The notes beneath the pieces are model-generated. The model was given only the letters and a program-made list of their open reading frames with translations, was not told where the DNA came from and made no database searches. From assembly GCA_030141605.1 (NCBI GenBank), contig JAQGDQ010000159.1:62001-126000 (forward strand): a DNA stretch of 64,000 nt, in the 5' to 3' direction. Shown here piece after piece: positions 1 to 12,775 of this stretch (position 1 is its first letter; each line of letters opens with the position of its first letter). The position numbers and the translations under genes were made by a program. This stretch comes from Tubiluchus corallicola (lineage: Eukaryota; Animalia; Priapulida).

Positions 1-460
1 TACTTTAAATTTACATTATTTGTATTTAATTTGTGTATTTATCTAAAAAAAATAAAAAATTGAAGTGTTTGTGAGATTTATGTGACACCTTCGAAATAAA
101 TGCTAATAATCATAATTTTACAGATCTGTGACAGAATCAATAAGCATTCACTGATATTGTACAAATGAATCTAAAAATATTTATTTGAGATTGTACGTGT
201 TTTAGATATTACTTATCATACCTATTTTTTATGTAAAAGGTATATTACTGAAATTATAAACCTTTTTCAACTTATAAGGAAACATTTTTATACAACTATG
301 TCTTTTTCATTTATCGACCACTTACTTCAGATAACATTTTTAATTATTTTTGAATGTTTGTGTTTTTTTGACATTACTTTTTAAAAAAGTTTACACTATT
401 AGTATTGTCATCTTGAACTAATTATTTTAACATGAATTAGTGATGATGTTAATATTGCAG

Positions 461-2931
461 AGTTGCAAGGGGCTCTTCTGATCTCAAGTTACTTGATATC
501 AGGGATTGCGGTTTTTCCATGGATTGCTTGCTATTTTTACCTTGTTCTGATATTGAGCATTTGTATTTGTCTCGCTGCAAAGTCCATGCATCTACACTGG
601 AGGAGTTACTTGATAAAGCAAGTATTTGAAATAGCTAATAGTTGTGTATTTTATTGGCTGATGGTGTCTGCTTACTCAGATTTAGAGAAAAAAACTATAT
701 TTTTTTTACTAAAGTCTATGTTCTTTTAATAGATTGTTCGCATTTTGGTAAGGCTGTCTTTGAATTTCGATGTAATGTTTTGCATTGAATTTAGATTATT
801 GCAGTGTGTAAAACTGCAGTGACTTGAATTTCACAGCAGTGCATGTAAATCGAAATAATGTGCAACAGTGACTGCATGTAATGGACTAAAGATTGAATGC
901 GTCACCTCAGTATATTACATATCTTTCCAGCATACACCATTTTAAAATTTTGTCATACTAGCACAAAGTGCTTTTAGTTCTCTTCTAGGTTCTGCATCTT
1001 TAGGAATGCTGTGCAATGCTACAAAAAATGACAAGCATAATTTTTTTTATGTACTTACTTTTCATTAACTATTTCAGCAGTTTTCCTAGTTTGGTAACCT
1101 TTAGTTTAGTAACCTCTATACACTATTGCTCAACAAAGTATCTAGTTGGTGAAATTATATGTTACATGTATAATATATTGAACTCAACTCAGCGGCTACA
1201 TGGGCGAGATTAATATGATTTGCTTTTTCAGTGGTCACATAGTTTGGTCACCCTTGATATTTCTTGGTGCGAGTTTTCTGAAGAAACAATGTCACGAGCA
1301 CTTAGTATACTAGCATCCAAAGCTAAGAGACTTCGTAACTTTGATGTAACTGGCACAGCAACTAAACTTGAAAGTATTAGGTAAGATATTGAGGTAAATA
1401 CGAACAAAATATTAGTAAGATGTGCTGAAATGTGGCATGGTTCTGCTTTTGTATAAGCTTGCAAGAAGATATGTGTGATACATTTTAGCTTTCAAGAATT
1501 TCCTGTATTGTCTGCTAGTGCTAGAGTGTGTTCCATCTTACAGCTCTTTAAGTATCATTTATAAGATAATGTTTGTTTTAATGTAAATAAAGTCGATATA
1601 AAAAACATTCCAGATTGGGAAAGCCATAGCCTTTATCGGCATTCATTGGCAGGTGTGAAGTGTACAGTGAAATAACGTAAATAAAGCAAAGTCTCCTTTG
1701 TAGCTTTGCATTAGATTTGTGCTGCTAAGCCTAGTCTGGTTGAGTGTGTATTTAGTCATCTATTGATACTGGCAGACCTAATCCTGGTAGTAAGTTTGCC
1801 TTACATAGGCTTACCATATCTGTATTGATAAAAACATATCAGTAGATCTAATGGGGGGGGGGGGGGTGTTAGAATACTGCTATCCTCAAAGCGGTTTGGG
1901 AAATGCATTTCCTGCATTTTAAGCTATCTTTGAGACCTTAAACTGGAAGATACTTGTTATTTTGTGTGCATCAATTTGAACAATTTCAAACGTTTTGGGA
2001 AATCATCTAAGCTAAAACTGAGTAATTTGACTGATGTTATGTTTTGGATGAAGACTAAAGAACTTGCTGATACTAAATTAATTATTATCTTTATTGTCAT
2101 TTGCCCATGTATACTTATCTGTAGATCTCTTTTTTTCTTAACCATGATTGATAAAGCCTTGTAAAAGCAAGTAAATTCCTTTTCAATGATTTTAAGTTGT
2201 TCGGTTTTTGTTCATTGGGTTTGTTTAAGTAAAAAAAACTCATTCTATATTTGCAACATTCTAAAAACTTCTATAGATTGCTCAGCTGAGCAAGGAACTT
2301 CGTCTTCTCCAATGGCAGTAAAAGCTACCTGCTACTGCTATATAAAAACTGTTTGACAATTTGCATTCCATTATTTATGAGCCTGGAGCAAATTCTGGAC
2401 ATTTTCAGATTAATGAGAAAAAACACCTGGACTATGATTTTTAGCTTGACAAAGAAGATATGTCTGGGAAAAACCAGATGTATGGTGAACCTAGCTATGT
2501 AGACAGTGCAAACGCTGCTTTTGGTCCTTGGTTTAGCTCTATAAAAATGGCAGTCAAAACTATTAAAAACGGTGGCAGAATAAATGCACATTTTGTCATG
2601 AGTCATTTTAAAAAGTGGACCTAATCTCTGATTTTGCAGTGTTTACACAACTGGACCTTTGTGGTACAAATCCGGATTCTGATCTCTGGTTATGGGTAGA
2701 TAATGTAACATTTTTAAAATTCCTTGCAGGATTCTTCTGCATAGATGTAAAACATTGCAGTCACTAAATTTAACTTCTTGTCGCTGGATGCCAAGAGGAC
2801 TTAAGCGGTGTTACTCCAACACAGAAGACTTCTCCATATTAAGAGAAGCAGCAGACCAATGCAGCTCTGAACTTCCAGAAATGAATGAGCGTTTCCCCAC
2901 TTCACACACAAATCTGTTGGCATTTATCTAA
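461..2931 (+). CDS. FBXL6: F-box/LRR-repeat protein 6-like, last three coding exons (5' part not resolved or outside the window)
   Basis: Exons 461-617, 1232-1380 and 2730-2931 join in frame: VARGSSDLKLLDIRDC..LPCSDIEHLYL..DK|WSHSLVTLDISWCEFSEE..FDVTGT..|ILLHRCKTLQSLNLTSCRWMPRGLKRCY..* (TAA 2929-2931). The LRR pattern and the LNLxSCRxxPRGLKRxY tail match the FBXL6 C-terminus as I recall it. Not found by the ORF track. Confidence 0.85.
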
Positions 2932-4314
2932 CATAAACTGTGGTAATAATATTATCCTAAGATTATGTAATATTATTATTGTAAGTGTAACAGTTGTATT
3001 TTCCTTTTTAGTGACTGGGCCCAGCAACTTTTTATTGGGGATTAACTAATCTCAGTCTTTGTTAATTTGTTCATCCACTTTCTTGTAATAGTATGTAAAT
3101 ACTTATTGTTGTATTATGTAATCATGTGGCAGATGGGTTTCATGTGACCAAATCCATATGCTCATTAATGTTTTTTGAAGGCTTAGTTTTCCAAAGCAGG
3201 GAAGTTATAGAGCTCATAAATGATTACGGTAAATGGTAATTATAATCAGGCATTCGTACTTATGTAAATTAAACAGTAGTGTAGCTGTCAGACTAGTATA
3301 CCACAAGCAGTTGCAATTTTATGACCAATTTGTGTAGCACACAACAAATACTTTGTAAGTGAATGTACTTTGTACAACTTTGCTAGCACACCACAGGTTA
3401 TCGCCCGCAGCTTTCATATTTATAACACTAGCAACATATAACGTTATCTGTTATTGGTAAGGTGCATTCTTACCCGTTGGTTCTTGTGACCATCAGACAA
3501 AATGACTACTTTGAGCTATGACAGCAATGAGTTATATTTTTCACCTTCAATGACCTATTTTTTAAAGAAAGATTTATAATTTTCTTTTCAATAATACATG
3601 TGTGTTATCCAACTGTTTCTGTGACACAAATGAATGATATGTTGCAATGTTAAGTAAGAGTCATGTGGTTGAGTTTTTTAGCTAGAATTTCTAGTCAGCG
3701 GAGAGGAGCAGAATAATTACAAATTTATGTGTATGCTTTGTGTATCAAGAATATTGTACAATTAAGCATCCCTCGAGTCGCATTTATTCTAAAAGGCCAT
3801 GTCAATAAAAATCTAAGAATGCGCTACTTTTTAAAGACTGTCCATTATTAACTTCGAAATAAAAAATGTTGGATGTTAATTTTGTACATCAGGCTCTTTA
3901 GCATGAGTTTATGACCATCATACCCCATTACCCCCTGTATTTCAGTTTGAATTAGTCAGGTACAGTAGTAATAGTGTTTAAGAAATTGTTTTTAAATATT
4001 TCTCATATACATATAATCTTATATGTTTTTATATGTATGTTTCATTTTCGCTACATCGACAGCGTGGTAATTGCATTGTTTAATGCATTAACCTACACTG
4101 GCCCAAGCTTAACACATCAATTTAAGATCACTTGACAAAAATTTTGAAAACTTTTCAAAAATATACAGCCATACATTTCAAGGCCATATTTCTGCTTTTA
4201 TTTGATTGTATGTTTTTGTTTTACTTATTTATTTTACATTAGCAATGGGACTTTTGTTACATGTCTACAACAGCTTGTATTGCATTGGCTACAGAGAATA
4301 ACAATTTTGGATTT

Positions 4315-5798
4315 TTATACATGAATATGCAGGCGTTCCATACTTTGACCTGTCACTATAATGTCTTTATAATTGATGACTTCTTCTTGTTCGATGGCCT
4401 CCAAATTGTCTTTGGTGGCTTCAGCTTCAAGTTTCTCATCATTGCCTCTAGTTATTCCTTCTGGGTCTCCAATTGGCTCCTGTTCTTCTTCAGTAGATGT
4501 CCATATCTCTCTTAATCTGACATCAAGAATCAGCTAAAATTTATAATTAAAAATTTGATGATGTAATTAACAAGCGCACGTTTGTGCAGTTGTATCTTCT
4601 GCTGATAGATTGTGTAAAACCACACAAATAAGAGTAGGCTGAACTCCACAAGTAAGGCCTGCCAACTTTAGGGCCCTGCTGATAAAATACTCATGTGTAG
4701 AAGATTTAGATATTTTAGTTAATAAAGTGACTTTAGCCCTGCCGTCATAGTACATATTTCCATAGAAACTGCACCCAAACTCTGCATTTGTACTTTAATG
4801 TAATGTAACACTTTGTTCTGTAGAAACAGCATAGGAAAAATATGCAGAGACAATTACAGAGATATATTATAGAGGGGTGGCAGAAACTTTTTTTTACTTT
4901 TTAAACATGGCCCGAAAAATTCTTTGATATATGCTTACCTTTGGCGTGAAGACGAATTTGTACATTTGAAAGTGTTGAAAAAATGAACTTATAACATGCT
5001 TTGCTAAAGCTCTTGCTTGTTCAACTTGAAAAATCTTTGCATTCCATGGAGGTCTCTACAGCAAAGAGAAAAGGTGTCTAACTTTATCTGAGTAAGGCAA
5101 AAGTTATTTTACATTGTTTCGTGTTAACTTTGTTTCCTGATAAATATGATTAGATTTCAAGTCTTACTGGAGTTCTATGGATATGCTATGGTATGCCGTT
5201 AGAGGTATTGTTCATTTTCTTAAATTATTTATAAGAGTGTGATAGGACCTATAATTATTATAGTGCTTAATTTAAACATTAACTTTTCATCAATGAGTTG
5301 CAAACACGGGCATACATATGACTGACATGACTATTGTGTTTTAAATGCTTAATTTCAAACCTGGATACTGTGGCAAACAATAAGATTTTTAAACAGCAAG
5401 TAGCATTCTTGCAGGTTGCAATCAGTTGTGCTCACACAAGTTGTGAATACTTCATGTAGGATTCCAAGAAATGTAGCTATTTGTAAGTCAGATAAGTTAT
5501 TTTCGACACAGCACTTGACGGCATTGCAGAATAATTCTGCAGCCACATTGGTGCGTTGTTTGTTGTCCTGTGGTATCTCCAGAAAATGTACAAGCAGGCT
5601 GGAAAAATATTTGAGATTCGGGAATAAATTTTAACTAACAATGTACACTGTCAAGGTAATGTCTAGTTTTTTACTACAATTTCAGATTCATAACAGCTAC
5701 CTTTTTACTTCAAAAGGTGAGTTGACCTTACGAATTAGACTAATATCTTCTGGGGCGATCTTATTATTTTGCCAAGTCTTTAGCTTCACTATCTTCAT
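4315..5798 (-). CDS. CFAP119: CFAP119/CCDC189-like (flagellar central-pair C1a-32 family) protein, about 223 aa, 4 exons
   Basis: Exons 5798-5701, 5598-5361, 5055-4939 and 4533-4315, all GT-AG and in frame. Translation contains CHSIQ|RPPWNAKIFQVEQ..VISSFFQHFQMYKFVFTPK|LILDV, matching the family RPPxSxxxF..YFxHFKLYKYVFTP motif, followed by an acidic tail. Could be a paralogue rather than the orthologue. Confidence 0.8.
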
Positions 5799-6100
5799 TG
5801 TTGCATCTTGACTGTTGTATGTAAATAAACGTTAATTTCATAGAACAGTTAGTAGATGGCGACAAAAATATTGTGACGTCACGAATCTGATTCGTCCGAA
5901 GTTAGCCGAGGCATCGGAACTCGGAAGTGAACGAACAGTGATTGTTTGAGGCGGCCATTTGTAAGTCATATGGTTCTAATTTCTTACTGCTGAAAAAGCC
6001 GTCAACATCGCTTAGCTTAAAGTCGATTGAAAACAAAGGTCTTCATCAAGAATAAGTCGGTCTAGTTACAATTTATTTTTTGTAGCTATTATAGTAAATT
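5799..6100. promoter_or_regulatory. Compact bidirectional promoter between CFAP119-like and SRSF1
   Basis: Only about 300 bp separate the divergent ATGs, and the stretch is locally CpG-rich. It has a palindromic CRE GTGACGTCAC (5873-5882), an ETS-type CGGAAGTG (5922-5929) and oppositely oriented YY1-like motifs (AGATGGCG 5854-5861; GCGGCCATTT 5951-5960). A probable SRSF1 5'UTR intron runs 5961 (GTAAGT) to 6085 (TTTTTGTAG). Confidence 0.7.
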
Positions 6101-9100
6101 ATGCCGTACGGTGGGAAAAACGAGTGTCGCGTGTACGTTGGAAATTTGCCACCTGATATCAGAACAAAGGACATCGAAGATTTGTTTTACAAATTTGGAA
6201 AAATCGTTTTTATCGACTTGAAAAATAGACGCGGACCACCATTTGCTTTTGTTGAATTCGAAGATCCAAGGTAAGCTCTTTAAACTTTGTCGTAGTTGTT
6301 TAATTAGATTGAGTACCTGCGTGATTAAGTAAAGTATTATGCAAAAAGGTCAAACCCAATATGTATACGAAATTCGTATAAACAGCTTACCAGTAAGACG
6401 TCATTTGAAATTAAAAATATTGTAGTTTGTAGGTTATCTGAAGAAAGGGATCGTGGCACAATAATTGATGGTAATTTATTATTTAGCATTAGTATTAGTA
6501 ACTTTGATTTTAATCACCACACAGCATATATGTTAAGAATCAAAGCGCATCAAAGGCTAACTCCCATAAAAAGAAACTAAGCATTTGTATGCACCCATGT
6601 TACTGAAGCTGTACAAATCTATGGTAAGACTCATCAGTGACTATGCAGATGTAATATGGCACCCAACAAGACAAGGTCAAGTAAGACTTGTACTAGAGAG
6701 AACTCAAAGAAATGCTACTAAGTTAGTCCCAAGCATGCGAGGGAAGGATTATGTACTACGGCTGAAGGAGTTAGGACTTGCCACCTTGAAGTATAGGCAA
6801 AACAGGCATGACATGGTATCGGTATATAGAATATGTATATAGAATATTACATGTATGGAATAGATAGACTACATTTGGACAGACATATAACCATACAAGA
6901 CACAAAAAGAACAAGAGAATGCCCATTTAAAATGCTCAAAACTAGAATGTAAGGAAGATGGAATAAAAGAAAAGATGTATTCTTCCATAGAGTAGTTAAT
7001 GCCTGGAATAACCTGCCTTCTCATGTAGTCGACTCCACCAGTTTAGCTTTTCTCCTGTGGATAAATACTGGCAAAATCGTCCAGAAAAATACTTTGATCC
7101 TAATAGGCCTTCTTGGGAGCAGCAGAATTTAGCTAAATATGAAATCCTCCACTAGTGGTGTCTTCACAACTATACTAAATATGCAAAATTTGCTAAATCC
7201 CCATCAGTTATTATGGATTATATTAATATATTTTCAGTTCATCTGTTTATTGTTGTTTTTCTATTAGTTAGATTTTCATTTAATTTCAAACTACATTTAA
7301 CTTATTCAAATACTATAGAAAAACGACAATAAACAAAGGTGTAACCCACTGTTTTTTAACCCAGACTTTATTTTATACTTCTGACTGCAAAAATTTTTTC
7401 AAGCTAATGAGTATAACAAAAGATATGCTGCCATTTTCACAGTCACAGTGACTTATAACCACTGTTACATCATAGAATGGTTTTAGTACATCTAAAGTAA
7501 CTACCATGTTTTTCCAATTGCTGACAGTCAAATGAGCTGGTAATTCTTCCTCTGTCCCGCACAATGGCTTCTTGGGTTCTGACACACAATTTACATAATG
7601 CCAGAATTTTTTGGCGTTGCTTTTATATTCAGAAGCAATTCAAGCACTTTTCACAAAGCCATTTGGCCTTAATAATTCTTTTTCTGTAGGCCTATGTGTG
7701 TTTGTAGGACTATCTTCAGTAGGTATTTACTATGTTCAATATGACAATGGCATTACTTTTTCTGAGCAAGCATGTGCAGTGGCACAAATTTTATTGCATG
7801 ATGCACTGTTTCAGATGTACATGTGCCTACTTCGACTGTCAAGTTTATGAGAGATGACATCAACTTGAAAAAAATTACTTTAATATTAGATTTTAATGAT
7901 AAATAATTATTTCAGAGATGCAGAAGATGCTGTTTCGTCTCGCGATGGATATGACTATGACGGTTACAAGCTTCGGGTGGAGTTTCCACGAGGTGGTGGT
8001 CCGACAGATCGCAGACGAGGTGGATTTGGTGGAGGTCGATTTGATCGTGGAGGAGATAGAGGAGGAGGGAGGAGATTTGGACCGCCATCCCGGCGCTCAG
8101 ATTACAGCTGCATAGTTACGGGTTAGTTTTAATTCTTATAATTCTTTGCCTCTTAAGTTCCTGTGATATCGTTTCTTGATTATGGAGAGTCTAAAACTTG
8201 TGTGTTTAAAAGCTTCACCCATTTGGTCTGATTGTTCATGAGTAGGTCTCCTAAATCCTGACATCAGTAACTTAATTATATTGGATTTGTAAAAATTTGT
8301 TTAATATTTTTAAACTGTAATTAGATTGATAAACGTTTACATAAAAGGAGGGTTAAAAATTACTGCTCGCTCAAGATGAGTAAAATTTCTTAGATTGCTC
8401 ATTCATCGAGTGAGTAAAAATTCAAGGTAAATATTAAAGTAAAACCGAATTTTGTCTTAAATAATAAAGCAAGCCATGATGAAAACAAAATCTGGAAAAA
8501 TCAGTTTTTATGCATATTTAGTAAAAGACATCAGCACCCCTTTAAGATAAATTTGGGGGAAATTTGGTTACTAATGGGAATACAAAATAAGTAGTATTAT
8601 AACAGGACCTTCTTTCCATTTTCTTCCTGATTTTCATTTCAGGTCTGCCACCTAGTGGAAGTTGGCAAGACTTAAAAGATCACATGAGAGAAGCTGGCGA
8701 TGTTTGCTATGCAGATGTTTATCGCGATGGTTCTGGAACAGGTAAGAGTAACTGATTAAAACAAGTGCGAAATGATGTAAGTTTATTATTGGAATGCACA
8801 TTAGATTTGCAAATTTAGAATTTGTGATTTTTTTTTTCTAACTGTACGCTGTATACACTTCATTGTTGGCACTGTGTATATTTTCAGGTGTAGTTGAATT
8901 TCTGCGCTATGAAGACATGAAGTATGCTGTCAGAAAGCTAGATGATTCCAAATTCAGGTCTCATGAGGTAAGCTGTAAACAATGGAAAGTCGCATTTGTT
9001 ATGTTTCTCTGTAACATAACCGATCAAAATTACTTGAATGTAAACTATGAACATTGGATTTACTCCGAAATTGTAAGTCAGAGGTTTTACCTTTGCAGGT

Positions 9101-11367
9101 AAAAACGGGTTGTAAGAGATGTAAGAGGTAAAAGCAGGTTTTACCAATTGAAAAGCTTGAGTAACAAAATCTGTTCAGGCGAAATGTTCAGGTGCCTGAA
9201 AATATCTTGCGTAAACAACAGATCTTTTGAAAATCTCAAAAATTACAGTTATCAGCCATATGAAAATATTTTAAAACCAAAATTTTGAATATATTAACCA
9301 AATTCTGAATTTGTCAACCAAGATAAAAGTAATATTGAGTTACAATTCAAATCAGCCGTTACATCCACAACTCCAAGCTGACTAAACCTGTGTAGAGACG
9401 GGATCCGGATCTGGCTGTTAATAAAGGAAAGAACAAGTCTCTCAGTATGTTAGTGTGTTAGAAAATTAAAATTTTGTAACTCACTTAAAATTAGAAAAAT
9501 ATTACAAAAAAATTTGCAAAAACTGCTTATAAAGCATAAATTTAAAATATACTATCGAAATTTTCAGACACTGGTTGCCGCCATTCTCTTGAAAGTCATG
9601 ATGTAATTGGGAGACTGTGACTTTTCCTAAGCGTGTCTTGTATTTCCATAAGCGTACGCTGCTTACTAATTCAAACTTCTGCAGCTTACCTAATGTTAAC
9701 TCAAAAATGTTACGAAATATGCTATCTAATTTTTTTGTAAAAACTTATACTTTTTAATGAAAATTGACAATGACCTATTTTTCTTCACAACAAATAACAT
9801 CATTGGAAGAAGAATGGGCATTGAAAATGGGAGCGCCCAAGTATGGAGCAATCGCGATTTTAAAGTGATTTTACTAGTTACACAAGGCGCTTATTGCAGT
9901 TTTGTTATTAAATCCTTCTAACATTTTTTGCAGAGGTTGAAATAAGCCTAACCTCCTAGAAGGACTGGCCTTTCCTTTAATGGAGAGAATTATTGAATTA
10001 GAGTTCCTAAATCGACAATAAAAGTTTTCTACAAATTGTCAACATCTAAAAGTTATTTTTTGTGTCTATTAATAATCGTGACTAATATATATCCAAAGCA
10101 ACAGTATATTTGGACTTATTAGTACTAGTTACTTTCACTTGTTATATTGATGTAAATAAAAGCGACAACTAGGCAACAACAGTAATATAATAAATATTTA
10201 AAACACAATCATATGTTTTTAAGCATCTTGTAAGCTATGCAAACATAATGTATTTTCTTACTAATTTATTAAAATTTTCACAGTTTTAGGGTTAGAAAGC
10301 TTCCAAAAACAAATACTTTTTAAATAGCATCACTTACTTGGGCATCGCAGACATATTTAAAAGCAAAGCCAGTTTTGATCTGGATCCGGTAAACCGGGAT
10401 GTGTCCGATCAATTTTTGACTTGAATGATTTAAAATGTAGTCTGTATGTGCACGCAAATTCCCGTGGTAACTATGTATCACTGAACTGGCTAAGTGAATT
10501 GCCGCTTGAATTATTATTAGTGCTAGCTTGTTGCATAGTGAGGCCTACTGTACTACCATTAATCGAAGTTGTACATTCAAAACTTGGCAAATTATTTTAG
10601 CTGATAGCTAAAGTTATAGTGGCTCCCTTAGTTTTTGGCTTTTTTGGCAAAATTGGAAGTTGTAAGTGAATAATACTGCAAATGTTTTGTTATTTTGTGC
10701 ATTCTTAGTAAAAATTGGAAGTTGTAAGTGAATAATACTGCAAATGTTTTGTTATTTTGTGCATTCTTAGTAATAATGATCCTGTACCATCGAATAGCCA
10801 CATGATGCCGTCGAGTAATTCACAAAAAAATCAGCGCTAAAATTTCTCTATTTACAATACATATATGCTTTAAAATTTGACACTAAATACATGTTGAAAT
10901 GCCAACAAGTGCTTTCTTGTTCAGTTTCAATACAAAACTAGATCCGTAGTCTAAACTTCAAGCCTGTGAGTTGATTAAAAAACTGTGTGATTTTATGAAT
11001 ATTTTTTTAGATTTTTTTGATATAATTACATAAAGTTTTAAGGAAACCTAATGGCTGTTATAATTTTTTTTTCATATGCAGTGGATTAGGCTAAATGATT
11101 TTCCACACATTTAAAGTAAAGTGCAGTGAATTAGATATATAAATCTTAACATATTATTGTAAAATGTAGGGAGAGACGGCATATGTCAGAGTCAAAGAAA
11201 ACTATAAAGGAGGAAGTCCAAGACGATCACGAAGCAATAGCTACACACCACCTCGACGTGATAGAGGGTCTCCTAGTTACTCTCCAGCTAAGGGTAGAGA
11301 TGCGTCAGGATCTCGTTCCCGATCCAGGTCAAGGTCACGATCTCGTTCTCGCTCGCGCTCCCAGTAA
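6101..11367 (+). CDS. SRSF1: Serine/arginine-rich splicing factor 1 (ASF/SF2), about 250 aa, 5 coding exons
   Basis: Exons 6101-6270, 7916-8121, 8643-8741, 8888-8967 and 11170-11367. RRM1 ([58 protein letters not shown]), Gly/Arg linker, pseudo-RRM with [39 protein letters not shown] and a C-terminal RS tract ending TAA 11365-11367. Confidence 0.97.
6440..7085 (+). mobile_element. Degenerate CR1/L2-type LINE, 3' end of ORF2, in SRSF1 intron 1
   Basis: Translation [63 protein letters not shown] and downstream [16 protein letters not shown] are typical of the CR1-clade region after the RT domain; interrupted by stops and frameshifts. Confidence 0.85.
7373..7600 (-). mobile_element. hAT-type transposase remnant in SRSF1 intron 1
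   Basis: Peptide [27 protein letters not shown] resembles the conserved hAT W-xx-(L)-xx-L-xx-LxPF-xx-T-xx-(L/I)S segment; short and isolated. Confidence 0.55.
9425..9976. mobile_element. Non-autonomous DNA transposon with AGG...CCT ends at a TTAA-like target (Kolobok-like)
   Basis: Left end ATAA-AGGAAAGAACAAGTC, right end GGACTGGCCTTTCCT-TTAA. Its right part (TTTAAAGTGATTTTACTAGTTACACAAGGCGCTT...CCTTTCCTTTAA) recurs in diverged form at about 53975-54130. Confidence 0.55.
10649..10772. repeat. Perfect 62-bp tandem duplication in SRSF1 intron 4
   Basis: AAAATTGGAAGTTGTAAGTGAATAATACTGCAAATGTTTTGTTATTTTGTGCATTCTTAGTA occurs twice in direct succession. Confidence 0.92.
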
Positions 11368-12516
11368 GCAACTGGTATGTGGAACATATTCTTAGTCTTT
11401 GTACTGATACATGTTTTTGTGTAGGTAATACCCTTTCATGTTTACTACCTACTTGATGGTTGAAATGTAGAACATTCTAGTAAGCATTCTTGCTAAAGCG
11501 AAAACAATGACTAAGCAATCAAATTTTCACTTCAGTGATTTAAAATATAGTCTGAAAATAATGAAAAACTTAAATTAACTTAATAACAGAATATTGTGGT
11601 TTCGCCATAATCAAAGCTTGTGTTTTTATTATTATTTTATTGTTTGTCAACTTTTATTCTGGCATCTATTAAAACAATATTGCCGCAGCGTGTGTGAAAA
11701 TTTTATTTTTATTATCATAGGCTTAAGTATATCAACTTTTTAGAGTATTATAATGAGTGATGTGTGAGCCGAAATCTGTATACAACTGTATCTATCTAAA
11801 CACGTAGTGTTTCCATGTGCACGCAACGCGTGATGCGTATTCTTTTATTGTCCGGATACACATCACAGCAATATGCGGACGTGAAACTGCCATTGTCTTG
11901 ATAAATTAGTGCATTTTATTCCAAAATTATTTCTTCCAGTTTTTAACAATAGCAACCAAAACGGCATGAGTGCTTTGCTAAAATGCATGGCATTCAAGGA
12001 CACATGGAAACAGTCAATACACATCACGAATTACTCATTATATGCACATGAAGACCTAGCTTTATGAGTAAATAATTGTATTTGAAATATTAGGCACTTT
12101 CACATTTTGGCCAGTTTGGTTATTCAAAGACTACCTAATATAGTGAAAAAGATGTTGTCTATTGTATTAAGTAAAAACACAGCACAGAAACAGATAGTAA
12201 TTAAATTTATGATGCTGCAAAGCCGACTAATTTTGATTTTTCACAAACAATTAAAAACGTTTTCTATTTTACGCTGTCACCTGAACCCATTAAAGAAAGC
12301 AATTGATTAATTATTCAACTCAATTTTAATTTTGGGTGGATACAGTTTGAAATGAACTGTCATCATTCATTAGCAGTATTTTTTGCTTCAAGCAGGAATA
12401 ATCCAGAACTGTGTTTTTTGCATTTGTTGTGTGAAATGTGTGTTATGTTCTGTCACTGTTTAAATGGACTTTGTATTGAGTCTTGGTTAGAATGTAATGC
12501 TTTATAATATTTGTAG

Positions 12517-12775
12517 GTGTTTTTGGAGAGATCCATGCTCACAGGATGCTGTTTGGTAAAAGCTGACAAGGGGAGTCACTTACGATATTTTAATTTTACA
12601 GTGTAAATGATTTGCGATTTGTCTGTAATTTTTGCTCTCAGTTTTGTCTGATTCATTCCATGCACAAAATGTCTTTTATTAAGCATATGTTACTTACAGT
12701 ACAACTTGGTTTAACTTTGACAAAGAGTGAGCTATATAAGTTCACTGTAAATGAATAAATTGCTTTCTGAAAACT
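12517..12775 (+). other. Probable SRSF1 proximal 3'UTR terminal exon with poly(A) signal
   Basis: Donor CTG|GTATGT at 11375, 7 nt after the stop; acceptor ATTTGTAG| at 12516; AATAAA at 12754-12759. A possible internal donor TTG|GTAAAA lies at 12556. Confidence 0.55.

Noticed and set aside
124-192. Possible upstream FBXL6 exon (TTTACAG acceptor, GTACGT donor)
   Set aside because: All three frames contain a stop between these sites, so I could not build an in-frame exon.
463-729. ORF-track 88-aa hydrophobic ORF
   Set aside because: Wrong frame over the FBXL6 exon 461-617 plus intron sequence.
11183-11395. ORF-track 70-aa [14 protein letters not shown]...
   Set aside because: Alternate frame of the SRSF1 RS-domain exon.
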